Positions 22,259-32,943 are shown, numbered from the stretch's first letter. The stretch is DNA of 64,000 bases from Candidatus Bathyarchaeota archaeon (GCA_963826715.1 CAWGYA010000007.1:32001-96000), one strand, 5' to 3'. Notes: generated by a model not told the origin, from the sequence alone. Numbers and translations are program-made.

Positions 22259-22290
22259 TGAAACGCTTGTTCCATAATGTCCCTTAAATC
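22259..22290 (+). promoter_or_regulatory. palindromic operator + TATA box (site 1)
   Basis: TGAAACGCTTGTTCCA, 8 nt, CTTAAA. Confidence 0.7.
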
Positions 22291-22335
22291 AAACACCCTC
22301 AAATGGTTCTCATGTTCAAAAATGGAGGAATAAAC

Positions 22336-22554
22336 ATGAAAAAAATTGGAATAGCTATATTGGTTTTACTTTTTGCAAGCATGGCTTGCGGAATCGCATC
22401 AGCAAACAACGCTGTAGGACCCGCACCTAATTCTGGTGATTGCATCCCAGACGGTAGTGGATTTGACCAGCCTAATCGACAAAACCAGGATACCATTGGA
22501 ATGGGACCAGCACCTAACTCAGGTGATGGCGTCCCAGACGGCAGTGGATTCTAA
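22336..22554 (+). CDS. small secreted peptide with duplicated GPAPNSGDxxPDGSGF motif
   Basis: GGAGG SD, signal peptide, two near-identical 16-aa motifs. Confidence 0.75.
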   Translation: MKKIGIAILVLLFASMACGIASANNAVGPAPNSGDCIPDGSGFDQPNRQNQDTIGMGPAPNSGDGVPDGSGF

Positions 22555-22620
22555 AGAAACCACGCATAGTTATCACCCCAAATTATCTCCCTTTTTCATT
22601 TTTTGAATAATGCCTAAGGA

Positions 22621-22652
22621 TGAAACGCTCGTTTCAAAATATTCCTTAACTA
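22621..22652 (+). promoter_or_regulatory. palindromic operator + TATA box (site 2)
   Basis: Perfect TGAAACG-CT-CGTTTCA, 8 nt, CTTAAC. Confidence 0.75.
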
Positions 22653-22656
22653 TCGG

Positions 22657-23762
22657 ATGCACCATACAATCATAGTGATTAAAATGACCAAAAGCAAAGC
22701 CATTGCGCTCTCTATGCTGTTTCTTCTTATGTCCTCAATGTTACCTGCAATTCTCTTAGTCAACGGTCAAGTGAACATAACTGTCGAAGAAGACTTGGTC
22801 AAATTAGCTGAACAAGCTGGAAACCAAATCCAAAACCTCATTGCAGAAGTTTATGCAGATGAAAACGCGACAGCAAAAATACAAAATGCCAGTCTTACTC
22901 AACAATTCGAAGGCAACGTAACATTATATGAAAATGATGGATTAAACCAACTAATAACTGCTAAAGAGGCTTTGGTAAAATCAAACTATGATATTGCCGC
23001 TGATTCCGCCCTAAATGCCTTAGCAATTTTCAGAGACGTTTACAGTTCTTTTCAAGGGATTTTGAAAACAGTTGGGCTGGAAAACACCCTTTCAATAAAT
23101 AATCAAGGCTTAATGGATGCCATAAACCGAGAACTCCAGCGGTTAAATACCTTCCAAAATCTCCTATTATCGAATGCAACCCAAAAGACTTTCACCCAAA
23201 TTGAAGCTGCCAACAACACCTTACTTCAAGCTAAAGCAGCACTCCAAGAGGGTAAATACGCTGAAGCTCAAACCCTCTATCTTAAAGCAAGAGAAAATAT
23301 AACCCAAATCTATCAATACCTAAAAACTCAAGCCGAAGAATCAAACATATGGAGACTCAGCGGATACTGTGAAAGAACTCAACAAAGAATTCAAGAAAGA
23401 TTCAGATATGGAAACCAAAACGGCATAGACTTCACCGGAGCCATTCATTCTCTTGGGTACCAAAGCGAGAGTCAATTCATGCAAGCACTGCAAAATAGGA
23501 TACAGAGTGCCCAATCACAATCAGACATTAAAAACGCCATACAAGAATGCCTAACCATCGACCAGATGGTACAACAGATGGAACAAACACTAAACAAAGA
23601 AATCAACAGCCAACAAGGACCTAATCCGTCAAATCGAAATGGGGGAATGGCTCAGATAATGGTGCAGGTGGTGGTGGTACAACAGGAGACAACAGCACCA
23701 ATAATAGCGGCAATAGTGGATACAGCGACAACGGAAACTGCGGTCAAAGCGGCAACAACTAA
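22657..23762 (+). CDS. secreted alpha-helical protein with Gly/Asn-rich tail (1-bp frameshift in G5 at 23641-23645)
   Basis: Signal peptide; alternative frame after the G run gives NGSDNGAGGGGTTGDNSTNNSGNSG..., ending TAA 23762. Confidence 0.7.
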
Positions 23763-23776
23763 AAAACCTTTTTTCC

Positions 23777-24667
23777 TTACTTTTTGAGTATAACTTGGTT
23801 CTCGAGACCAATCTTTTTTACTTCAACAATCTCAAGTTTCTCAAGACGCTTAATCAACCGCCAAAGACTAGTCCGTGGCATATCTGGAAACCGTTCTCGA
23901 ATTTCAGCTTCAAAGACCTTGCCGTCTTTTTCAGCTAAGAACTCAAGCACAGCCCTATCCTCTTTCATTAGCTGCGGATTTGCATTCAATGCCTTCTTAA
24001 TATTAGGTCTACGTTTCCTCTTAAAGACTAAAAAGCCAAAAACGATAGTTACTATCAAGACAACAATGAGCGCAATCAGATAAGTTATTGGAATCATTCC
24101 TGAACCTTGAGAAAAATCAGTAGGGCTTAGGTTATTTTCATCTCCTGAAATCAACTGTAAAATATAGCCAATTTCCCATTGACCAGAGCCTAAGGACAAA
24201 GAAAGTGGAGTGGTTGTATCTATTTTATTTGGCGTACCGCTCAAGTAGACGATGGTTGAATTAATTGGAAAACACACATCCAAACTGTATGGAGTATCAA
24301 GGAGCAGGGTCCATACCTCGTTTTCTTTACTCGTAAGGGTATTTACATCGTAGGTAACCTCAACTTGAGTGGCGCCCAAGGAGTAAATAACCAAATTCTT
24401 ATCACTAAACTCGTAATCAACTGTCAATTGGTCTTTATCGACAACAACCAAGTTTTCTACTTTATCCGAAACCAAAGTCACTGACGCTTGAGGAGAAAGC
24501 TCACCTATCGCCAGTTTTTGCTCAACATGCACTAAGCCGTCTCGGTAAACGCTTAGATTGGTTGAGGAAATGCTAACGGTGGATTGAACCGCAGCAGAGT
24601 AAACCAGTAGCAAGGCTACCAAAACAATAATCACTATTACTCCTAAACGCCAGCTATGCTGCCTCAT
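23777..24667 (-). CDS. membrane-anchored transcription regulator (extracellular domain - TM - cytoplasmic wHTH)
   Basis: Signal/TM, beta-rich ectodomain, TM + KRKRR, then EAEIRERFPDMPRTSLWRLIKRLEKLEIVEVKKIG wHTH. Confidence 0.8.
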   Translation of the reverse strand: MRQHSWRLGVIVIIVLVALLLVYSAAVQSTVSISSTNLSVYRDGLVHVEQKLAIGELSPQASVTLVSDKVENLVVVDKDQLTVDYEFSDKNLVIYSLGATQVEVTYDVNTLTSKENEVWTLLLDTPYSLDVCFPINSTIVYLSGTPNKIDTTTPLSLSLGSGQWEIGYILQLISGDENNLSPTDFSQGSGMIPITYLIALIVVLIVTIVFGFLVFKRKRRPNIKKALNANPQLMKEDRAVLEFLAEKDGKVFEAEIRERFPDMPRTSLWRLIKRLEKLEIVEVKKIGLENQVILKK

Positions 24668-24799
24668 GGGCGGTTCACAATAAAGTCAACTGATTGCAAA
24701 ATAAGTTTTATGCACATAACCTACCAAGGCATTGACATTTCGAACCTATGAATATTGTTAAGGATCATTCTCCATGAAGAAAACGCCTCTTTTCAGACT

Positions 24800-24831
24800 T
24801 GAAACGCTTGTTTCACAGTGTCCCTTAAGTC
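24800..24831 (+). promoter_or_regulatory. palindromic operator + TATA box (site 3)
   Basis: TGAAACGCTTGTTTCA, 8 nt, CTTAAG; degenerate extra copy at 24780-24795. Confidence 0.75.
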
Positions 24832-24866
24832 GCACATCGTAATATACGCTTTTTAATGATGAACCA

Positions 24867-25736
24867 ATGAAAAACACAAAAATCAACCTAAACAAACTCA
24901 GCGCATTCCTAATTATCCTATTAATCTTTGTATTCATAGCCCCCTTATCCACGACAACGGCCAGCAACGGAAACGGGTCAAGCCAAGAAGACCAAATCGA
25001 TACAGCAAACAAAAGTACCAACAGCACTTCAACACCAAATACTGACTCAGATTCTAATCAAGGCACCAACGCCACTACATTAGCACCCAACATATCTAAT
25101 GACGTAAAACAATACAATCAAACAAACGTTACACCCAAAAATCAAACCGAACAAGTCATAGCACAAGAACAAACAATGTTCCAATACCGAAATATAACCA
25201 TAATAATGAACTGCACCCGCAACTGCACAGTAACTTTCACAGCTGGCGAAGAAGTAACACCTAAAATTTTCGGTCTATCTGTAAACCCAAACCAGACCAT
25301 GACACTCGTTATGAACCTGACAAAATCGCCACTTAACGGAGCTATGGTCAACGAAAGATGCCTAAACTTCTACTTAGGCATAGAACCAGATGCCACTTTA
25401 GAACTCCAAGCACAAATAAGACTATACATAAACCAGACTGAACTCAGCCAAAGCATGAACCAAGAAATTAACGCTTCAAGATTGAGCTGGATATACTGGA
25501 ACCAGACAACAGCACAATGGGAAGCAGTTGAAAGCTACATGGACCACGGATATTTGGTATGCAATACAGACCACTTCTCAACTTGGACAATCGCTGAAAT
25601 AGAGCAATCAACAAAAGACGAAACAACACCAGGCACTCAAAACAATGCTTTCCCAATTGAATACGTCACTATAGGTGTAGTGGTTGCATTAGGAATCACA
25701 GCGCTGGGACTTGTTGCCTATAGAAAGCGTAAATAG
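24867..25736 (+). CDS. secreted surface protein with C-terminal TM anchor
   Basis: Signal peptide, many NxS/T sequons, WNQTTAQWE...TDHFSTW motif, TM + RKRK. Confidence 0.75.
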   Translation: MKNTKINLNKLSAFLIILLIFVFIAPLSTTTASNGNGSSQEDQIDTANKSTNSTSTPNTDSDSNQGTNATTLAPNISNDVKQYNQTNVTPKNQTEQVIAQEQTMFQYRNITIIMNCTRNCTVTFTAGEEVTPKIFGLSVNPNQTMTLVMNLTKSPLNGAMVNERCLNFYLGIEPDATLELQAQIRLYINQTELSQSMNQEINASRLSWIYWNQTTAQWEAVESYMDHGYLVCNTDHFSTWTIAEIEQSTKDETTPGTQNNAFPIEYVTIGVVVALGITALGLVAYRKRK

Positions 25737-26264
25737 GCAAAAATTCTTTTTTTATTATCAGCAAATCAATTATTTCAAACTTTTATTCAAAAAATTCCAC
25801 CGAGAAAGAAAATAGATTTTAAAAAATACGTTTCTGTCAAAGACGGTTTCCATTTAAGGGCAATTTTGAATTTGCAGTTTGTATATAATTGAATCTGGTC
25901 TTGAAAATAATCTGGTAGGCGCAAAACAAAAAACATAACTATCAAACATATTTCAAACCAGTGCACGAATATATCAGGTTACGTAATAACTGCATATATT
26001 TAACCGCACATTATTGCTTTATTGAAAGCGCCCATGCCGTGCAAGCTAAAGAAAGACGAAGGGAGAAAATGCAAATGAACAATATTTATCAACAGAAAAA
26101 ACTGTCGTCAACTATCATAGTGAGCTTTCTCATATTAGCGTAGGCGTCCACAATGGCGGCCTAAATTTTCATCGTTATAATTTCGCTTAAATTGCTTCGC
26201 AGCAATTCTCCTCTTTCTTACTTCTTTGAAAGCAAGTTTGGTTAGGAGCAAATTAAGGAGAATT

Positions 26265-26855
26265 TTGAGGAAAATTACCGCTGTATTATTTGTAACTCTT
26301 GACAGTGTTATACAGGCACCAGGCGGCCCCGAGGAAGATACCTCGGGCGATTTTAAATTCGGCGGTGGGCATTTGCCTATTTTGATGATTTACTTGGCAA
26401 GTCATGAGTGAACAGATGAAGCATCCTTTCAATCTGTTGATAGGGAGACGAACCTTTGAAATTTTTGTGTTATATTGGTCGCAGCATGCTGCTGATTGGT
26501 CGGGTATCAATGAAGCAACAAAGTATGTCATTTCTAAGCCCTGACAACGAGTGAGTGGGAAAACTCGGTGTTCGTTGTGGGTGATGTTGTGGAGGAAATC
26601 AAAAAGCTAAAAAAGCAAGATGGACTTGATTTGCAAGTTTATGGCAGCAGTCAGCTTATTCAAATGCTCCTAAAATATGATCTTATAGATGAATTGTGGC
26701 TGAAAATATCTTCTATTACCCTGGGGCCGGCAAGAGGCTTTTGGTGATGGCACAATGCCTGTTGCGTTTAAACTAACCGATAATAAGTTTTCGTCTAAGG
26801 TTGTAATTGTTGTAGACTATAACACTTAGGTGAAGTTAAAACTGACTCTTTTTGA
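26265..26855 (+). pseudogene. dihydrofolate reductase/RibD C-terminal family pseudogene
   Basis: FVTLDSVIQAPGGPEEDTSGDFKFGG and later IKKLKKQDGLDLQVYGSSQLIQMLLKYDLIDELWLKI in different frames. Confidence 0.8.
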
Positions 26856-27006
26856 GAATAGAAAATCAAATAAATTAACCTCTAAAGAGAAATTTGAGAA
26901 ATAAACCAGCTCGCATTGATGCCTTTTTATTGAATTATTAAAACCTTTAGTGATTGATGCCACACAGTCACATGAGCTTAAAGACTGCCTAATCTAAATA
27001 TTTAAT

Positions 27007-28221
27007 GTGATTTTTTTGGAAAAATATGATCTGAGAACTCGCACTATGACTAGTGTTAAAGAGGTCTCTTATGTAAGCACTTTTCCGCCAAAAAAATGCG
27101 GTATTGCAACCTTCACATCTGACCTAGTCAATTCGATTAATCAACTAAAGACTCTGAAGGCTCAAAGGATTATTTCTATTGATGGCGGTCGGCTCTTAAA
27201 ATCTGCTGATGAGAGTTCTGGGTACACGATTGGTCGCGACTTCGTTGAAGACTACGTTTTGATGGCTGATTTCCTCAATCATTCCTCAGTCAATGTTGTA
27301 AATATTCAACATGAATTTGGCATTTTTGGCGGAGACTCCGGAGAATACATTTGCGCATTTTTAGATAAATTAAAACGGCCTGTGGCAACGACGCTTCATA
27401 CGGTGCTTCCTAACTTTGAGAATAAAACAAAAGAAGTCTTTAACAGAGTTGTTGAACAAAGCACAAATCTAATAGTGTTAAATGAAACCACACGTGCATT
27501 GGTTAAACAATACGGTGTTTCCTCAAAAAAAGTAAAGGTGATTCCCCATGGATGTCCTGATTTGCCAATGGTGTCAAGCGCAAAAGTTAAGCCTGTTTTG
27601 GGGTTAAAAAACAAAGTTGTTTTGTCCACTTTTGGGTTGCTAAGCAAAGGGAAAGGTATCGAACATGTTATTCAAGCTCTTCCAGAGATTATTAAAAGAG
27701 AATCCAGAATTGTTTATAACATAATCGGAGTAACGCATCCTAAAGTCAAGAGAGCTGAAGGAGAAAACTACAGAAAAGGACTCTTGAAAATGGCAAAAAA
27801 CCTCGGAGTCAGTGAGCACGTAAAATTCCACAACCGATTTCTCTCAAAACCTGAACTCTGCAATTACCTTCAGGCAACAGACGTGTACATTACACCTTAT
27901 CCTTCACCTAATCAAGTAAGCAGTGGTACATTATCTTACGCTTTAGCTGCAGGAAAAGCGGTGGTTTCTACACCTTACCTTCATGCAAAAGAAGCCTTAG
28001 CTGAAGGTCGAGGTTTATTATGCAATTTTAACGATTCAGCTTCTATAGCGGAAAAAGTAACAGAAATAGTTGAAAATAAATCCCTCCGAAGATCTATGGA
28101 ACAGAATGCATATAATTACAGCAGAAAATTCATATGGCCGTTGGTAGCTGGAAAATACCTTGCTGTCTTTGACGAAATGACTAAAAATTCGGCAAAGGAA
28201 GAACATTCATTCGCTTTTTAG
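27007..28221 (+). CDS. glycosyltransferase family 4 (GT-B)
   Basis: STFPPKKCGIATF, IQHEFGIFGG, TFGLLSKGKG, SSGTLSYALAAGKAVVSTPY. Confidence 0.92.
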   Translation: MIFLEKYDLRTRTMTSVKEVSYVSTFPPKKCGIATFTSDLVNSINQLKTLKAQRIISIDGGRLLKSADESSGYTIGRDFVEDYVLMADFLNHSSVNVVNIQHEFGIFGGDSGEYICAFLDKLKRPVATTLHTVLPNFENKTKEVFNRVVEQSTNLIVLNETTRALVKQYGVSSKKVKVIPHGCPDLPMVSSAKVKPVLGLKNKVVLSTFGLLSKGKGIEHVIQALPEIIKRESRIVYNIIGVTHPKVKRAEGENYRKGLLKMAKNLGVSEHVKFHNRFLSKPELCNYLQATDVYITPYPSPNQVSSGTLSYALAAGKAVVSTPYLHAKEALAEGRGLLCNFNDSASIAEKVTEIVENKSLRRSMEQNAYNYSRKFIWPLVAGKYLAVFDEMTKNSAKEEHSFAF

Positions 28222-28668
28222 CTGGAGGTTAAAATATGGCTTATCTGATTATATTAGTTCAACCAGAGCTATTATAAACAATAATTGAATGCAAACCATG
28301 CCTTTTTTTAGAATACCGCACTTAAAATATAGAATGCACATAAAGAGACAAATATTGCGCAAATCCCAAATTAACTTTTGCCTCTATCTGGCGTTTTAGG
28401 CTTTTTTGGTTTGAACGCTTTTCAGTCGGTTTTGTTTTGACGGGTGGAGTGTTTGGTGGATGACCTGGAGGCAAGTCAGGAGAAGGTGCTGGTGGCGGCG
28501 GGGTTCCTCTTTTTGGTTTATTGGGTTTTTTTGAATAAGGAAAATCTGATTCAGTCATAATGCATCAGAAAAAACAATTACTTGCCCTCTTGTTAAGCTC
28601 TTGTGATTGCGTATGCACGACAACATATGCATATGAACTCCTTCACAAGATAATTTGTGTGAAGTTTT

Positions 28669-28851
28669 ATGATAGATAATGATGAATTGAAAGGTAAGGC
28701 TAAGAAAGTTAAAGGCAAAATAAGGGAAGGCGCTGGCAAGCTAACAGGCGATACAGGGGAAGAACTTGATGGCAAGATAGAACTGGTGGAAGGCGAAATT
28801 CAGGAAAAAGTTGGTCAAGTAAAAAAGAAAGTCAAAAAAACGATGGCTTGA
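28669..28851 (+). CDS. CsbD family stress protein
   Basis: DELKGKAKKVKGKIREGAGKLTGD. Confidence 0.88.
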   Translation: MIDNDELKGKAKKVKGKIREGAGKLTGDTGEELDGKIELVEGEIQEKVGQVKKKVKKTMA

Positions 28852-28866
28852 TTTGGGGACTATTTT

Positions 28867-29177
28867 ATGACAAGCCAAACAAAATTGGAAAACGAGAAAA
28901 TTGTGGGGACTAATTGTTATAACTGCAAATATATTGGGAAAACAATGCTGTTTGATCCAAACGAACTAAACAAAGAGGGCGGCATTGATCCCAAAAAAAA
29001 GATGAACTGAAAAAAGCTGAAAAAACCGATTTAATTACCCTTCCAGGCGGAGATAAATTCGATTCAAAAAACAAAGCATTATGTGGTTATCCCCAAGTGA
29101 AAATGTATGTTACGTCTCGCATGTGTTGCGCTTTTTGTGATAATGCCCGAGTGAGAAGACCCTGGAAACAAAGCTAA
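28867..29177 (+). pseudogene. Cys-containing hypothetical protein split by 1-bp indel in A8 run
   Basis: NCYNCKY...GGIDPK then DELKKAEKTDLITLPGG...RMCCAFCD; span is 311 nt (1 short of a multiple of 3). Confidence 0.55.
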
Positions 29178-29304
29178 ACACCAATCAATCTAAGTAAGGT
29201 TAAGCATCATAAATATAATTTGACTTCTATTTGCGACTTTTTAGACTTTTTACCATCAGTTTTTTCTCCAGGAAAATATTTAATCCGAGTCGATAATCAT
29301 CTAG

Positions 29305-29508
29305 CTAACGGTAAAAAAATGAAGGGGCTATTCTTTCTTTGGTGGAACCTGGCTCCCTTTTTTCGAGCTTCAGAAAGTCCAATTGCAACTGCCTCTTCTT
29401 ACTTTTCAGTGTTTTTCTGCTTCCGCCACTTTTTAGTTGACCCTGCTTCATTTTGTGCATTGCCTTTTCCACTGATTCCTGGACCGCCTCACTGTATTTT
29501 CTTGTCAT
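29305..29508 (-). pseudogene. DUF6496-like small protein, frameshifted
   Basis: KYSEAVQESVEKAMHKMKQGQLKSGGS then AVAIGLSEARK in another frame. Confidence 0.6.
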
Positions 29509-29596
29509 TTTTCCAATTCACCTCCAAAAATGATTATTAATTTAAAAAATTAAAGCGTCCAAAAAAATTGAAAAGGGGTAGTGTAAACTGATTGTG

Positions 29597-29926
29597 TTAT
29601 GCTTTTTTTGATAGCGTAGTAATCAGACCAAATATTCCGCCGAGAAGAACTAACAACCCGCCTATTCCGCCGCCAATAAGTCCAACAATTATCAATATGA
29701 TGGCCCAAACAAGAGTACTTGCACTTCTCGCACCGATAACTGCAATTACTCCCATGATTAAAGTAACGATTCCGCCATAAGCAAAGCCAAAGCCCCAGCC
29801 AAAATAGAAACGACCGAAAGATCCAAAGATACTTAGCAATCCCAAAAGAACCATCAGAATACCACCTATAAGCGCCAAATAGTAAGCTATGGTTGAAACA
29901 GAAGTTGAAGACATGTTGCATTTCAC
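29597..29926 (-). CDS. small Gly-rich membrane protein
   Basis: 3-4 hydrophobic segments; GGAGGTGA SD. Confidence 0.7.
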   Translation of the reverse strand: MKCNMSSTSVSTIAYYLALIGGILMVLLGLLSIFGSFGRFYFGWGFGFAYGGIVTLIMGVIAVIGARSASTLVWAIILIIVGLIGGGIGGLLVLLGGIFGLITTLSKKA

Positions 29927-30258
29927 CTCCTAGTTTTCGTCTTTCATAATTCAACGATGTAATCTTCATTGGTTGTGAACATTTAATGTTCCTTTAGGTT
30001 TTGCCGATTGATATTACCAGCCGTAGGCGAGCGCGAAGATTGCCACGATTATTATGATTATTCCCAAAGGAATATCATAGCCTGTTGGAATGAACTCGAC
30101 AAAACCTAACATCACGATAATGCCCAAGAAGACTATTATGACTGCCAATATGCCAAAGTAGTATGCCGCCGAGGAAGCTTACAAATCCCATTTTTATCAT
30201 CTCAAGTTTGACTTGTTCGTTTTAACATCTGCAGACCTTAATCATTCGCTTTCAGAGA

Positions 30259-30546
30259 CTAATCTTCGTGTACTTCTTCATGCACGACTTCGTGATGGCG
30301 ATGACGTCGTGTCATGTGCAAAAGGTCGCCTACTGCCACAGAAATCAATGCAACTACCAAGAAAGTAATGCCTGACCATAGCAAACTACCTGTCAAGAAG
30401 AAAACCAATATCGCCGCAAGTGCTGCAATTGGGAACGCGAACAAAAAGCCGATGACAACTATTGCAATCAATGCGATTATGAGAAGAACTATTAGTAGCC
30501 ACCAAAAGCTGGGGTCTGTTGGAATTAGTATTTGAAATGCAAACAA
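30259..30546 (-). CDS. small membrane protein with His/Glu-rich tail
   Basis: Hydrophobic body, RRHRHHEVVHEEVHED end. Confidence 0.6.
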   Translation of the reverse strand: MFAFQILIPTDPSFWWLLIVLLIIALIAIVVIGFLFAFPIAALAAILVFFLTGSLLWSGITFLVVALISVAVGDLLHMTRRHRHHEVVHEEVHED

Positions 30547-30910
30547 AATAATACCTAAATTGAATCTAGTTAGCTACCATATAAGTCCTTGTTATTGTAA
30601 CATAACAGTCACAAATTCAAGCAAATCGGAAAATCGTTATTTAATTTCTTTCAAAGTTACTTTAATTGAAACAAAATTGTCTTTTGGTGTTGTTATGTTG
30701 GCATATACGACGGCTTTTTTCATAATCTTCTAAGTGAGTAACTGTTAACTTGTTTTCTTCTTGCCAGTTAACCATAAAAAGATTAGGCCTCAACTCAGTA
30801 ATATTAACTAATAACTTCTGGATTTTACCTTTTTTATTGCAGTGATTTATATCCAGACATTTAGACGCACTCTTAATTCAATATCTAACCTGCAGAAAGG
30901 CACAGCTCCA

Positions 30911-31365
30911 TCGGTGCAGGCAATTTAGACTTTGAGTTAAAAGAAACCAGTAGAGACGAAGTCGGCGAGTTATCCCATGCCTTCAATCAGATGACTGCTA
31001 ATTGTAAAGCTACAACTTCATCCAAGTCAGATTTGGAAAAGCTCGTTGAAAAACGAAGTAAACAACTTAAGGATGCGGAGCGCTTAGCGGCTATTGGTGC
31101 TACTGCAGGTATGGTTGGGCATGATATCCGTAATCCACTGCAGGCTATCGTTAGCGATTTGTTTTTGGCGAGGCAAGAAGCGGATGATATGCCTCAGGGT
31201 GAATCAAAAGAAGGCCTGATTGAGAGCCTTAATTCGTTTGAAAACCACGTTTTTACATTAACAAGATAGTTCAAGACCTTCAAGACTATGCCAGACCGCT
31301 TAATCCAGCGGCAACAGAAACTAACTTGAAAACTGCAATTCAGGATATTTTAGCTATTTCTGACC
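30911..31365 (+). pseudogene. sensor histidine kinase fragment (HAMP + HisKA)
   Basis: GNLDFELKETSRDEVGELSHAFNQM and ERLAAIGATAGMVGHDIRNPL; frameshifted, no ATPase domain. Confidence 0.8.
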
Positions 31366-31479
31366 CGAAAAAGCAGGAGAAAGCATTGCAGGCATTCAAC
31401 AAACTATGCAATACACTTGGAAACTCTGGTTTGGAATCTATCAAGTCATAATGTTGTGGGTAGGTGGGAGGGAATGGCT

Positions 31480-32255
31480 GAGTTTACATCAAACGCATCT
31501 TCTCCCCAAGGCATATTTGGCACCAAAAACCGGGTCAAAATTTTGTAAGCCAGAGTCACAAGATGACTCTGCCGGCACCAGTCCCCTATGCCCACAATGT
31601 AGCTCAAGGAGTAACTTGGAAAAAACCAATTTACCAAGCCGTAAAAAAGCTACCCTTCATACCAACTAAAAAGGAACTAAACAACTTAATCGCCGGATGC
31701 AACAGAAAAACCGCAGTATTTCTTCAGCTACTCAAAGAAACAGGCATGCGTTGCGGAGAAGCTTTCATGTTCCAATGGACCGACTTTGACTTCGAAAATA
31801 AAATCGTCAACATTACTCAAGAAAAAGGAAGCGACCCACGCCAACTCAGAATAACCCTGCGACTCATCATGATGCTAAACAACCTACTACAAAACAAACC
31901 CAAACCATTTGAATGCTCCCACAGACATTTCTCACGAACCTTTAGGAACCAACGAAAAAAAGTAGCTAGCAAACTAAAAAACGATAGAATACTGAAAATC
32001 CACTTTCACACCCTAAGACATTGTAAAGCAACCATGGAATACCCTACAACCAAAGACATCCTTCACGTCATGAAAATGTTCGGTCACAGAAACATTCAAA
32101 ACACTCTACTCTACACTCAGCTCATCAGCTTTGAAAGCGACCAATTCCACTCAGCAACCGCTAAAACAGTTCTAGACGCTCAAAAATTAATAGAAGCAGA
32201 ATTTGAATACGTCTGCGAATTTAACGAAACAAAAATCTTTAAGAAACGGAAGTAA
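31480..32255 (+). pseudogene. int: tyrosine integrase, internally deleted (catalytic domain retained)
   Basis: ETGMR, HFHTLRH, MFGHRNIQNTLLY catalytic motifs; N-terminal SPLCPQC zinc-ribbon start abuts the catalytic domain out of frame. Confidence 0.8.
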
Positions 32256-32326
32256 GAAAATGTTCGAAAAAAATAGACTCTTAAAAATCACATTCAGACC
32301 CTATATAGATAGGACCTAGAGTGTTG

Positions 32327-32349
32327 TGGTGAGGCCGCTGGGATTTGAA
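32327..32349 (-). repeat. att-like site: 3' end of a tRNA (T arm + acceptor + CCA)
   Basis: Minus strand TTCAAATCCCAGCGGCCTCACCA; tRNA similarity stops abruptly; 70 bp after the integrase. Confidence 0.8.
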
Positions 32350-32455
32350 GGTGGCCGAGTTGGCGACTTAGGGATTTCTCATCGCCACACTATCTGCTTA
32401 AGCTCCGCAGCCTTCTTCCCTTTTTTTGTTCTCTCAGATGCAAATTGGCTAGGAG

Positions 32456-32707
32456 ATGATAAGCATGAGTCAAGAAGTCAAATGTCCAGAATGCGAAGGC
32501 AAAGGTACAGTTATGGGCGTAGAACTGACAGAGGTAAGATGCTTAAGGTGTTTTGGCCGTGGAGTCATTGTCTTTCATCCGGGTGTAAAGTGCCCTCAAT
32601 GCGGTCAAATCAAAGTTTGGAAACATTCAAAACGTCGAACGCCGACAGGACAAATAAAACAACGCTATTTATGTTCAGAGTGCGGCCTTCGTTTTACAGA
32701 GAAATAA
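32456..32707 (+). CDS. double zinc-finger protein
   Basis: CPECEGKG, CLRCFGRG (DnaJ-type) plus CPQCG...RYLCSECG. Confidence 0.75.
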   Translation: MISMSQEVKCPECEGKGTVMGVELTEVRCLRCFGRGVIVFHPGVKCPQCGQIKVWKHSKRRTPTGQIKQRYLCSECGLRFTEK

Positions 32708-32756
32708 TTGGCTACCTTTTTTCTTTTTTCGACCATTCCATTTGGAGGTCGCTATC

Positions 32757-32900
32757 TTGAACCAGAAGCAGATAGAAGCTTCCGCTGTTATGCTTCAAGT
32801 TTTCCTATCCGGCTTAGCGCTTAATTTCGACGCAGATTTCCATGAGCTTGAGGAAATTACCAAGCGTGCCCTGCTTCACATAGAACAGGAGGACCGCTAG
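32757..32900 (+). CDS. small viral hypothetical protein (47 aa)
   Basis: GGAGG SD + TTG; MNQKQIEASAVMLQVFLSGL...EQEDR. Confidence 0.45.
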   Translation: MNQKQIEASAVMLQVFLSGLALNFDADFHELEEITKRALLHIEQEDR

Positions 32901-32943
32901 TGTTCTACTCAGTAAATCCAAGTAACGAGAGGAGAGACTACAG

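Noticed and set aside
28322-28558. Pro/Lys-rich 78-aa ORF
   Set aside because: Low complexity with no recognisable family; may be real but cannot be supported
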